This document shows, one piece after another, positions 21,572 to 31,536 of a stretch of DNA of 33,297 nucleotides. The DNA lies in NCBI GenBank assembly GCA_032718475.1, contig JAUCBJ010007323.1, positions 1-33,297 of the forward strand, in the 5' to 3' direction. This DNA comes from Nemertoderma westbladi (lineage: Eukaryota > Animalia > Xenacoelomorpha). A program made the translations under genes and the position numbers. Numbering within the stretch: the stretch's first letter is position 1; each line of letters begins with the position of its first letter. The notes below the pieces were generated by a model. That model made no database searches, was not told where the DNA came from, and saw only the letters and a program-made list of their open reading frames with translations.

Positions 21572-23074
21572 TTACGTTATGGAGTCCCTAGATATTTGTC
21601 GGATTAGGGAAGTGGTCGTAGGAAGAGTATCTTGCCTTCCATAGTTTCCGGACAGTTTTCGGTCTCTTTCCAGTAAACATAAACGACTAGCTGGGCGATT
21701 GAGTTGTTGTGTTACTTTCTCCGCTCCCTTGGCCTGTCTAATTTCTGCCGTGGTAAGATGAGGAGGCCATTCTTCTTCTTCTTTACTTAAGGAGTCGGAT
21801 CCACCTAACCAGCCTGGAGTATCTATCAGTTCTTGAAGAGTTGCTCCTCTGGAAGCGATGTCGGCTGGATTAATCGTCCCAAGGCAATGTCTCCATTGAT
21901 CTACATTGGAGTTAATATTGTCATTATCTGAGGAGTATGGTGTTCCCTCAGTTGGATCGTCCACATCACTGCTCTCCACTTCCCATTCCTTTACTTGGTA
22001 TACCTGTTGTTGAGGTAATCTCTCTTTGAGAGTTCTACGGGAAGGGCCAGTGAAGTACCAACCTACTCTAGTTCTTACCGCATAGGTTTGTAGTGGCTGC
22101 GGTTGAGCAGGCCGTTTCTCCAATGTCTCGAGCGCCTCATGCGCGTTTTGGCCGATGAGTATTTGCACTCCAGGATAATCTGTCTGGAATCGAGGTATCT
22201 TAAGATGTTGGATGCTCTCATCCTCGTCCCAATTATAAAGGTCTGCTTGGGTAGTAGCGAAGTTCTTTATAGCCACCATTTTTACCGACCTTATACCTTG
22301 TGCTCCTAATTTATCCTGGGGGGTGGACAACACACCTACATAGTAATCTGCCGTTAGGGTAGATTTCCAAACCTGCATAATTCCTAACATATTCAATTTA
22401 GTCCGGAATTTGGGTTGTCCAGCAAAGATATCTTCGGCTAGTTCTTGATCGATGAATGTTCCTGTGCTGCCGGAGTCAAGGAGGGCGTTCACTATGTAAC
22501 TTTTGTTAGGACCATGAACTCTTACCTGCACTACAGGAAATTCTCTGATTCCTACGTTGGAAGTTGGAGCTTTCCAAGATGGTTGTCTGGCAAAAGTAGT
22601 TGGGGGGAACTCATTGTCGGTGTCCTTTTCATAAGTAAGTGCTCGATACACTGCGGTATTGATTAGATAACAGGATTCGTTGGCGTCGGAGAATTCGTCA
22701 GTATAGAATCCTTCCATCTCAGATTCTTGATCAGTGTCGTTTACATCACTGAATTGGACATGTAGTTCGGGCTCACTTACCTGACTCAGTTTGTCTCGTT
22801 CGAACTCACTGTGTAACAAGATGTGATGTTTCGCGCCACACTTTGCACACTTTATGTCGGAGTAACAGGTTCGCCGTTGGTGTCCTGATCTGAGGCAATT
22901 ATAGCATAACCGCTTATTCCACAGGACTGTACGTCTGTCTACAAGGGATTTCTTTAGAAATTCAGCGCACGCACTCAAACGGTGGGGCCCGTCGCACAGC
23001 GCACATTTTGGTTTGATGTTACTCACCTTACCTTGGGTAACGTTATGCACTCTCGTTCTTTCTTCAGGCTTTCT
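21572..23074 (-). CDS. BEL/Pao nucleocapsid + aspartic protease + RNase H tail + integrase C-terminal tail (internally deleted pol)
   Basis: CALCDGPHRLSAC, CYNCLRSGHQRRTC, CAKCGAKHHILLH; protease ALLDSGSTGTFI...ILIGQ...RTRVGWYFTGP; then directly DQWRHCLGTINPADIASRG...EEWP (Pao RNase H end) and RPASRLCLLE (pol C-terminus). Same frame as the upstream gag ORF. Confidence 0.9.
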   Translation of the reverse strand, partial: RKPEERTRVHNVTQGKVSNIKPKCALCDGPHRLSACAEFLKKSLVDRRTVLWNKRLCYNCLRSGHQRRTCYSDIKCAKCGAKHHILLHSEFERDKLSQVSEPELHVQFSDVNDTDQESEMEGFYTDEFSDANESCYLINTAVYRALTYEKDTDNEFPPTTFARQPSWKAPTSNVGIREFPVVQVRVHGPNKSYIVNALLDSGSTGTFIDQELAEDIFAGQPKFRTKLNMLGIMQVWKSTLTADYYVGVLSTPQDKLGAQGIRSVKMVAIKNFATTQADLYNWDEDESIQHLKIPRFQTDYPGVQILIGQNAHEALETLEKRPAQPQPLQTYAVRTRVGWYFTGPSRRTLKERLPQQQVYQVKEWEVESSDVDDPTEGTPYSSDNDNINSNVDQWRHCLGTINPADIASRGATLQELIDTPGWLGGSDSLSKEEEEWPPHLTTAEIRQAKGAEKVTQQLNRPASRLCLLERDRKLSGNYGRQDTLPTTTSLIRQISRDSIT

Positions 23075-26000
23075 TCAGTGAATTCTCTTAGGAGACGCAG
23101 GAGGAGTTGTTGTTACCTGTTCTCTCCTGTCACTGGTTCGAGACTTATATTTACTTACGTCCTTATAGGTCTTGTTGTCATAGTAAGATTTTGCTGTGTC
23201 TTTCCCGCTGTCCTCTTCTTGAGAAGCTTGGCTTTCGCCGTCGTCAGTATAACAAACTGGTATTATCCTTCTCCTAGAAACGGGTTTCTCACTTACCTTA
23301 TTTTCCGATGTTTTCTCTCTGGACTGCTTTATGAGTTGTAATTTTACTTCACTATCTAAGAAGGACATGAGATCAGCCATGGTAGGGCTTCGTCGTTGTT
23401 GTTCATTCATGTACAACACTTTCTTGTCCCAACGCGTACATACTCCGCCCTTTGGTAAAGTAGAGACTATTGCTCCAATAACCATGGAACTCTGATATTC
23501 ATGAGACTTACCTAACCAGTCAAGTTGTCTACAGATCTCTTGAATCTCATCGGAAAACTCTATAATCCCGCTACTAAGGAAGTGTCGGGGGGCTACTAAT
23601 TTTGCATACAAATACTTAGCTATGTTATCCTTGTTACCATACCTGACGTTTAATGTATCCCATACTTGTCTTAATCCTTCTGGATGTCCAATAAACTTTA
23701 ACGCCATTAACCTGGGAGGTCCTTCCAAGCACTTGATGAGGAACCTAAGTTTCTCTCCGTTAGATAGTACAGAGTTTTGTATGCTATCTTTGTAATATTC
23801 GTTGAAAGGTAACCATTTCATCTCATCTCCATTGAATTTGACGATCTCTCCCACTTTGACCGCTTGGCGGGCTTCTGTTCTAGCCATCTGACGCGTAAAG
23901 CTTTCTTGGGCCATCGTGTTATTTAATATCGAATTATCGGTATATAAATTTCCTAGATTATTATCAGGTCTATAGGGAATATCATTAACAACAGGTTTAT
24001 AATCACCCTTAATAGGGTTTGCTATAGGTGTTTCTACTTCACTAGCAGTATAGATGCGTGTAGGCTCCACACCTTGCGCATGTAATACTTCAGACCTAAC
24101 AGGTTGACACAATGTTACAGGGGGTATTGGTATGCCCTTTTGGATATTGACTAATTTGTCGCGTTCTAGTGCGATACTTTGCTGCACTTCTTGCAACTCT
24201 GCTCTACCTTCCCTTACTGTTCCCTTAAGTTGGTGGACAGTCTCCTGCATCTGTCCGAGCAGGAGATTCATCCCCCACCGTCCCTCCTCTACCCACTCGA
24301 CCGCCGAAGCGGGAGTCGCCAACATTGTAGCGGGCTGACGTGGGACGACGGGAGACAAATCTTTGATTTCTCTCTCAGCTTCCAGGACAGGGATATTCTC
24401 ATGGACTGTTCTACCGGGTACAGGCAGTGTAGTACTGTGTAAAGGGAACTTAGAGTTAAGCTCTGGAAGTACAGGGGTCTCTAGCACAGAAGTGACTTTG
24501 GGAACGACAGGCCTAATTATTTCAGGCTCATCAACTATTGTAGGGAGTCTTTTGACCTGAATAATTTGTTCTGTGGGTTCTGTACTACCTAGGTCTGTGC
24601 TAGCTAGTTGTCTTCTAACAGCTGGGGGCAAATCAGGCAATTTGTGACGGTGAGATGTTTTTCTACGCCTGCTCAGACGAGATCTATTTCCTCCACCTTC
24701 AGGATCAGTGGTCTCGCCTTCCTCCGAGGATGTGTATCCTTGGCGTTTGGGAGTAGATCGACTCATCATCTGCATTCGACTATCCGTTAACTGTCTGTTT
24801 ATGTGGTCTTGCGTCTCTTGCAGATTTTCTAACTCCATTTGGGTGGCCTCTTCAGACGCTTTCCGTTCTGCTTCTGCCACTGCCTCCGCTGCTTTTCTTT
24901 TCGCTTCGGCTGCTGCTTCTGCCGTCTTTCTATCTGCTTCGGCTTCTGCCATTGCCGCTGCTACTGCTGTCTTTCTATCTGCTTCGGCTTCTGCCATTGC
25001 CGCTGCTACTGCTGCTTTTCTGTCTGCTTCAGCCATTGCTTCTGCCGCCTTTCTATCTGCTTCTGCTGTTGCCATTGCCGCTGTTACTGCTGCTGTCTTT
25101 CGGTCCTCTATCCGTTTTTTCTTTACTTGTTCTTCTTGGACTCTAGTGAGGCGGAGTTTTTCATCAAATTCAGCTTGGTTAGCAGCTAACATTTCAGCAT
25201 CGATGGAGTCTAGCACACGCTGGGTTCCTTCACTATTAGGGGAAAGTTCAGACAGCCGTCTCCTCAACTCTTCGTCGCCTAGGAATCGCTGATAGTCGGA
25301 CAGATAAATGTCGATGGCGTCTCTCGTTCGTGGTCTCTCTGCGGTCTCTTCGCCTTCCACTTGAGAAAGGGTGGCATCGGTTGGTTCTTCATAGGTTGGT
25401 CTCTCAGCCAGCTGGGATTTCCACTGGTCCGTTTCTTGTACTTTGAGACCTACCCGCTGGAACCAAGTTTTGACAGCAACCTGCAGCGACGTGTCCTGTC
25501 TTCTTTTGGAAGTTTCCTCAAAGGCGGATAGGATTAGTCGAATGCGTAGGGTTCTTTCGCGTACTTGATATAGCAGTTCTTCCTGCTCCTGAGGTCCTTG
25601 GGGTTGTCGAAACAGTTGTTCTTCTAATCGCTCTAAGGAGCCGAAGAACCCCTGCACATATCCTGCTGCCGACCTCTTCCAAACAGCTGGATCCATTGTA
25701 TCTTTAACCACTCCCATCCTGTGTATATCTTCCCAAGTAGCCTCGGACACATCTAACGGGAGTCCGGGTCCGGGAAAGTTCCATTGTGACTCGACAATAG
25801 ACATCAATTCTTCCCTGGCGTATCCCGCATAATTATCTTGGGTCGCTCGCTTATTTCTCGCCCAGTCGGCTTGATGTTCCTCCACCGCAATCAATATAGT
25901 AGTTAGTACTGCGGCAGGAAGGGTGAGAAGGGGGTCTGAGTAGGTTGTAGCCGCCATCGGCAATCCGCGTTTGGGGGTCAGCTCTACAGTATCCGAACTA

Positions 26001-26269
26001 CTGGAGCTATCGGGTCGCTGGGAACTAGGTTCTTGACCAAGATGTTGCTGCGATAGGACAGCTGCCTCTTGGTTCCGTTTGACCTGGGCCCGAGTGCCTA
26101 TGATGAACCTATGGTGGATTAGCCTAGGGTCTGATACTACTGGAGGGATGACCTTTCTTGCAGTAGGAGGTGAACTGAACTCCTTTCTTAATCGCTCCAC
26201 ACTCCTATCTGTGTCACAGATGGTGGTATCGATTAGACTGTCTGACAGGTTTTGCTGAGTGTCAGACAT
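23075..26269 (-). CDS. gag: BEL/Pao Gag (DUF1759-like capsid region) with a long N-terminal extension, 1064 aa
   Basis: KFNGDEMKWLPFNEYYKDSI...LSNGEKLRFLIKCLEGPP...VWDTLNVRYGN and IVSTLP...RW...PTMADLMSFLDSE are typical BEL/Pao Gag motifs. Ends at a TGA in frame with the downstream NC-PR ORF. Confidence 0.92.
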   Translation of the reverse strand: MSDTQQNLSDSLIDTTICDTDRSVERLRKEFSSPPTARKVIPPVVSDPRLIHHRFIIGTRAQVKRNQEAAVLSQQHLGQEPSSQRPDSSSSSDTVELTPKRGLPMAATTYSDPLLTLPAAVLTTILIAVEEHQADWARNKRATQDNYAGYAREELMSIVESQWNFPGPGLPLDVSEATWEDIHRMGVVKDTMDPAVWKRSAAGYVQGFFGSLERLEEQLFRQPQGPQEQEELLYQVRERTLRIRLILSAFEETSKRRQDTSLQVAVKTWFQRVGLKVQETDQWKSQLAERPTYEEPTDATLSQVEGEETAERPRTRDAIDIYLSDYQRFLGDEELRRRLSELSPNSEGTQRVLDSIDAEMLAANQAEFDEKLRLTRVQEEQVKKKRIEDRKTAAVTAAMATAEADRKAAEAMAEADRKAAVAAAMAEAEADRKTAVAAAMAEAEADRKTAEAAAEAKRKAAEAVAEAERKASEEATQMELENLQETQDHINRQLTDSRMQMMSRSTPKRQGYTSSEEGETTDPEGGGNRSRLSRRRKTSHRHKLPDLPPAVRRQLASTDLGSTEPTEQIIQVKRLPTIVDEPEIIRPVVPKVTSVLETPVLPELNSKFPLHSTTLPVPGRTVHENIPVLEAEREIKDLSPVVPRQPATMLATPASAVEWVEEGRWGMNLLLGQMQETVHQLKGTVREGRAELQEVQQSIALERDKLVNIQKGIPIPPVTLCQPVRSEVLHAQGVEPTRIYTASEVETPIANPIKGDYKPVVNDIPYRPDNNLGNLYTDNSILNNTMAQESFTRQMARTEARQAVKVGEIVKFNGDEMKWLPFNEYYKDSIQNSVLSNGEKLRFLIKCLEGPPRLMALKFIGHPEGLRQVWDTLNVRYGNKDNIAKYLYAKLVAPRHFLSSGIIEFSDEIQEICRQLDWLGKSHEYQSSMVIGAIVSTLPKGGVCTRWDKKVLYMNEQQRRSPTMADLMSFLDSEVKLQLIKQSREKTSENKVSEKPVSRRRIIPVCYTDDGESQASQEEDSGKDTAKSYYDNKTYKDVSKYKSRTSDRREQVTTTPPASPKRIH
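24861..25100 (-). repeat. In-frame 45/24-bp tandem repeats encoding an Ala-rich helix (AAAMAEAEADRKTAV)
   Basis: Exact 45-bp period at 24925 and 24970, plus degenerate flanking units. Confidence 0.9.
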
Positions 26270-26375
26270 GTTTAGCTATACAGTTGAATGTCTACTGCTA
26301 TAGTTTCAGTTAAAGCAAGTCTAGTAATTCAGTATAACCGTTGGCCTAGTACCGTTAATTTATTACAGTATATTA

Positions 26376-26622
26376 GAATACCGGTATACACTTATAGTAT
26401 ATATAAGTATTGTAAACTAGGTTTGTCACAAGGTACCGGTATATAAATTTAGCACAAATATACATAAATATATGATAGGCCTATCGTGAATACCGGTATA
26501 CAGCTTACACTTATAGTATATATAAGTATAATTATGAACTAGAATTAATCACAGAATACCGGTATGATTTCAGCTCAAATTTACAGAAATAAATATAATA
26601 AGCCTATGGTAAATACCGGTAT
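26376..26622. repeat. Diverged ~115-bp tandem duplication in the 5' leader
   Basis: GAATACCGGTATACA...CTTATAGTATATATAAGTAT at 26376 and 26488; TACCGGTA recurs about every 55-60 bp. Confidence 0.75.
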
Positions 26623-27607
26623 GTCAATTATTTTAAAATAATTGAATTTCTGAATATTTTAGGGTTACTTGGTTACTTTAACTTACTTTATTACCGTTAT
26701 TTAAGCAGTAGTCCAACTGATATTGAGACCTAGTTGTTGTATGGCAAGCCTACTATTTATAAATCGTTTGAGTTGATTTATAATAGATATATACCCGTTT
26801 AAAAGGGGTTTTGTCAATATTTGAAATAAATGTTATTATTTCTGGGGGTTCACTACACAGAAGCTGTGCGCTCTCAGTGAAGTGCTATTTATTGGACACT
26901 AAAACAGATAATTCTAATTTACCTAAGTTACTTAATACTACAAATTACTTACGATATGGGTGAGATTAATTCTCTAATTAAAACACAACAAAAAATATTA
27001 CGTACGAAATTTTTAGGGTAATTTTACAGGGAAAACTACAAACCAGCCTAACAAAGGGTTAGAATTCTGGTTATTACAACTGACAGGGTACTACGGTATT
27101 TAAAATAATAAGTAGTAGTAAATATATTGCACTGTCCAGATAGGAAAATACCACCGCCTGACGACCTATAGCCGTATCGCTATAGGTACTACGTTATGTA
27201 TCACGGAGTGTTCCTACCTAGAAGTTAATAGAGCTAACGAACGTGCCTATCAACCACTTTACAACACAAATATACTGCCTACACACTAATTACTTTCGGA
27301 AAGCACTGTACACTAAACCCTAAATTAGGTACAAGTACTGATACAACAAATAATCAGTAGTTAAATATACTTGAACAGTTAAAAGAACCACGGCATCTGC
27401 TGGAGTGACCGAAGCACAAAGTCACCAGTCTTTTCCTACGCCAAGCAGCCCGTGTAGTACCGGGGTTAATTTAACTATAACGGTATGTATAACAAGCACA
27501 ATTACTGTAGGAATAAACTTGGGGACATGAATGTTGCGAATAATCGCATAAACTCTGAATAATAAATATTACGCTACCCGTACAGAATACTCAAACAAAT
27601 ACAAGCC

Positions 27608-28135
27608 AAACGCTGGCAGACTACCACCAAGCCTAAATAAACTACAGTATGTGCAGATTCCAAAACGGTTAGTTAGTATGCGTTCTAACACGGTAGTACG
27701 ACTTATTCTTTAAGAGGGGATTGACCTTACAGCATATGGCTGCCCCAACTTACTAACTGGCACTCTATCGGACAAACTCTACACACGCAGTAATCTCTTC
27801 AGACCTAATAATAGCTAGACAACAATCCAGCCTACAAAATATCTGAGTAATAACTATTACGGTACCTGAACAGACCACACAAACAAACACAGGCTAAAAT
27901 GCTGGCAGACCACGATCAAGCCTAAATAAACTACAGTATATGCAGATTCTGAAATGGTTAGTTAGTATGCGTTCTAACACGGTAGTACGACTTATTCTTT
28001 AAGAGGGGATTGACCTTACAGCATATGGCTGCCCCAACTTACTAACGGCACTTTATCAGACAAACTCTACACACGCCGTAATCTCTCCAAACCCAACAAC
28101 AGTCAGACAGCAGCTCAGCCTACAATTATCTGAAC
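27608..28135. repeat. 289-bp-period tandem duplication in the 5' leader
   Basis: GCTGGCAGAC at 27612 and 27901; long identical core GTTAGTTAGTATGCGTTCTAACACGG...GCCCCAACTTACTAAC. Confidence 0.92.
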
Positions 28136-28449
28136 AATCTGAGCAGACTTACACGTCTTCAGCTCAATATTAACTTACTAGGAAATAAAACTGACAGAAA
28201 TAGACCTAAGTAAAATCCCAATAAAAACCAGGCGTCCCCGATTTAATATCGAGACCTACCGGTATACAATAATCAAAAATCGAATAATACTAATGTACTT
28301 ATACTGGAAGTACCGGTTAGGACAGTTGGGCCTACAGACCTACAGAAGTACCGGTTCTGGCAGTTAGGCCTACTGACCTACAGATGTACCGGTTCAGGTT
28401 TACCGGTTGACCGGTACTTTCAACTTTATTGTTTACTGCAATAAAGTCA

Positions 28450-28460
28450 ATAACTGTTAT
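28450..28460 (-). promoter_or_regulatory. PBS position: ATAACAGTTAT, not tRNA-like; complementary to an 11-mer inside the LTR
   Basis: Minus strand reads ...GCGCGTACA|ATAACAGTTATTGAC with no TGG. The LTR minus strand has ATAACTGTTAT at 29203-29193 (and 17924-17914). Confidence 0.55.
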
Positions 28461-29698
28461 TGTACGCGCTTTTGGAAGACCTTTAGCAGTTTAACCTGCC
28501 AAAATTTATATGTCTTTTGGTTTATAAATATACTTTAGAAGATGACAAATATTTAATACCAATAAACACAACATTAGCAGAAGCCAGCCTAGTGCGCGTC
28601 CATTCACCCGCTGGATCTTCCCGGGAGACTGGATTCTGAGGGCTTAGATTATTATTGCAGTGAAACCTACTGTATTATTCGATTGATCGTTAATAAATAA
28701 TTTCTGACTAATATTATTCACTTTCGGGAAATATTAACAGTTCCTTTAGGACGTGGCGCTCTATCTAAGTAAACAGAGATATGACTTATACTAATCACAA
28801 CGGTAAGTCAGTAAGGCTTATGATTCACGTATGAGGCACATTCTTTAGGAAATGCTTAGTTATCAGTCATAATCATGCACACTACCGGTAACTCACAATA
28901 CTGCTCACTAATTTGCCGACTGTCAATGATTTTTATCATATATAAAGGGAACAGCAACGGACCAATGTAGTGCTTATCAAATAGCATTAAATTCACTACA
29001 TACACAATAATATAAGTCGCAATCGCTATATATAACCCGTCTCTCTAACCTGTAGTGTATCAAGAAAATTGGGAAATTTGGGTTCTTTATATATGTTCTC
29101 CAAATAATATTCAACCAAAACACAACAGTAAACAGCATTAAGACGGTAGGTTAAGATATGATATGACAAGATGTGACAAGTGAGTTGGACTGATAACAGT
29201 TATACGCTCTTATAATCTTAAGCCTACTAATGTTTCTTCTAAAGTATGAAACGAATTAACTCTAGAGCCGGTGTTCCTGGCCTAGATAGAAACAACACAA
29301 CAGTATCACAAAAAACAGTAAGACTGAACGCTCTAGCATGATCTGCCCAAAAGCTCCACATCTACAGAAAAAATCGTTCTGATTGGTCAACCGAACCACG
29401 AGAGAACAAAGAAACAAAGAAATGTCGACGTGGCAATATCAGCTGTTAGCCGTCGTCATGGTAGCGACACTGTTTTCAAGAGTATCCAGCTTATCGCGTC
29501 ACGAGATTGCGGATTATGTCCTCTAAAGTACAAATCTAGAAGAATGACTTTTATGTCCGTTAAAACACCTATAACGGTAACTTGCGTGCGAGGGGAATAT
29601 ATATATAGTTAGAAAGCCTTTTTAGAGTATTCCAGCGCCTGGGGGGAACTCGGACCGCAAAGCAAAAGGGCCAGCTAGATCCCACAGAAGCTTTTACA
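28461..29698 (-). repeat. 5' LTR
   Basis: 1238-bp direct repeat of 17182-18419. The minus strand contains CCAATCAG (~29385) and TATATAAAG (~29090). Confidence 0.97.
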
Positions 29699-31092
29699 AA
29701 ATATATTTTAATACAAAACAGGTCGAACGCAAAGAGGCTTATAATGAAGACGAGTACTGCATTGATTATATTCCTATAAACCACCTGGCTTTGCATATTG
29801 AACGTGCGTTTGGAAATAAGTTCGTGCTACCCTTCCGTGGGTGGTAGATGTCGCGGTTATGTATTGGTGGGTGGGGGGAGGGGGGGGGGGGGTGCAGGTT
29901 AAAAGGGGTGAACACGTACTGTCCCCCTTTCTTTGATTAATTGGTGGTGTGGGTTAATCTCTCATAACCTGATTTTGTGATACAGTCGCACAATTTTAAT
30001 TTGTATCTCATAACTGGCCTCGTGCTGCGCGAAGGCCCCACGAACGTGTTGTATCTCACCGCATAATTACATCCGTCCTAATGTACCGAAAATACCGAAG
30101 TCCTTATGTACAATACAAAATGCCCGTTAATATTTTTTGTTGCTTTTTCACAATTCAATAACATGCCAGTGATCCTTTTAGGCTGGCCTAAAAAACTGGT
30201 CTTGGGGAAAAAAACTTTCAGTTTCTGGTATCATTAATGCACTTACAAGGTGGTACCGGTATCAGATGTGCCGATATACAGTACACTAATATTAGATAGC
30301 ATTGTGGTTCCTCTCGGTCCAATCATTCTATAATGAAAATTTCACACCATTATATTAAAAAAACATTATTTCATCACCAGCAAGCTGTAATTAAAATATA
30401 ATTGGATAACAAACAAAGGAAAAAAGCTGTTAGAGAACCACAATATGGTTGCCCGTCATTTAGTTCATTCCGCGGGACTTAGACCCCATACCTCCCACCG
30501 CGGCCTACAACGTGCCAAATGCAATGTTAGCACACTTTTTTAAGATTGATGTGGAAAGTCACCTTCAACTTACTAATTTTCGAGGACAATATATACTATT
30601 ATATAATACCTCATAAATCGGGACAAGCGGGACAAGCAGGGCATGGTCCGATGACAATGCAAGTTAATCATAAATCCAGGGATATCCAAAATCTCAAAAT
30701 CCTTACTACCAAATTATATAATATTCCCAAAACCCAAATTCACAGAAACCATTGGTTCTGTTTGTCGCGACCCCCCCCCCCCCCCTCCAACTGAAACAGT
30801 ATAATTTAGAATACCGGTACTGAAAGTGAAATTGAATGCTGACATCGCGAGAACCTCCATTTATAATTTCAAAATATTCGAAAAAATAATCATTATGGAT
30901 AAATACATACAATACAAACATACATGTATAAAGGGCCTACTATATAAAACACAAAATACTGCATAATTCCTATTTTTTAATTAATTATTGTTATTAATGA
31001 TAACATCGTCCGTTGAATGTGTGAATAAGTTTCAGCTCTACAATGAATCCAAATTTTGGTTATATTCATCCAATCGTCTGTAGTTCTCATTC

Positions 31093-31536
31093 TCAATACT
31101 TCGGAAACAATTCTTCGGATGTAAATATTTCCCCCTTTTCCTTGGCTTCTTTGGTTGCGTTGCTTTTCAGACCGGTCCCGTCGTTCAATAGGAGATGGTA
31201 CTGATCGCCTTGCCTCCAATCGTCCCATGGAAACCGACGGCGTTTATCTATGTGAACATCCGGGTGTCGCATAGCAACGCGCAGCGTAAACCACGTAGTC
31301 CAGGATACCGATCCTAAGAGTACCACAAAGAGAACTCCCATACTCCGGTTTTGAGCGTGGAAACTTTTGTTGAACATACAATCACGGAAGAATCTCGCTT
31401 TCTTTCCATAACCAACACGTCCAATATTCCATCCTCTAGCAATAGCACCAGTGTTCCAAGTAAAACGATCTTTAATTACTGGTTTCTGTTCTGTGGCCTC
31501 AGCTTTTGCAGCGGTTTTCCTATAGTTGGCCGCCAT
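31093..31536 (-). CDS. NDUFA4: NDUFA4/COXFA4 (B12D-family)-like protein with N-terminal extension, 147 aa
   Basis: Single TM segment MGVLFVVLLGSVSWTTWFTLRVAM followed by HPDVHIDKRRRFPWDDWRQGDQYHL, matching the NDUFA4 pattern LRLA..NPDV.WD....PW......QYK. No intron in the CDS. Confidence 0.8.
   Translation of the reverse strand: MAANYRKTAAKAEATEQKPVIKDRFTWNTGAIARGWNIGRVGYGKKARFFRDCMFNKSFHAQNRSMGVLFVVLLGSVSWTTWFTLRVAMRHPDVHIDKRRRFPWDDWRQGDQYHLLLNDGTGLKSNATKEAKEKGEIFTSEELFPKY

Larger units (their letters stand above)
17182..29698 (-). mobile_element. BEL/Pao-type LTR retroelement, non-autonomous, 12,517 bp
   Basis: Two 1238-bp direct repeats with TGT...ACA ends; 5-bp TSD AAATA (17177-17181, 29699-29703); BEL/Pao gag, triple zinc knuckle and protease on the minus strand; no RT or integrase core found. 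Confidence 0.96.

Noticed and set aside
22103-25292. Plus-strand ORFs (e.g. 24708-25292, 24839-25189, 22982-23341)
   Set aside because: Antisense shadows of gag-pro and its tandem repeats.
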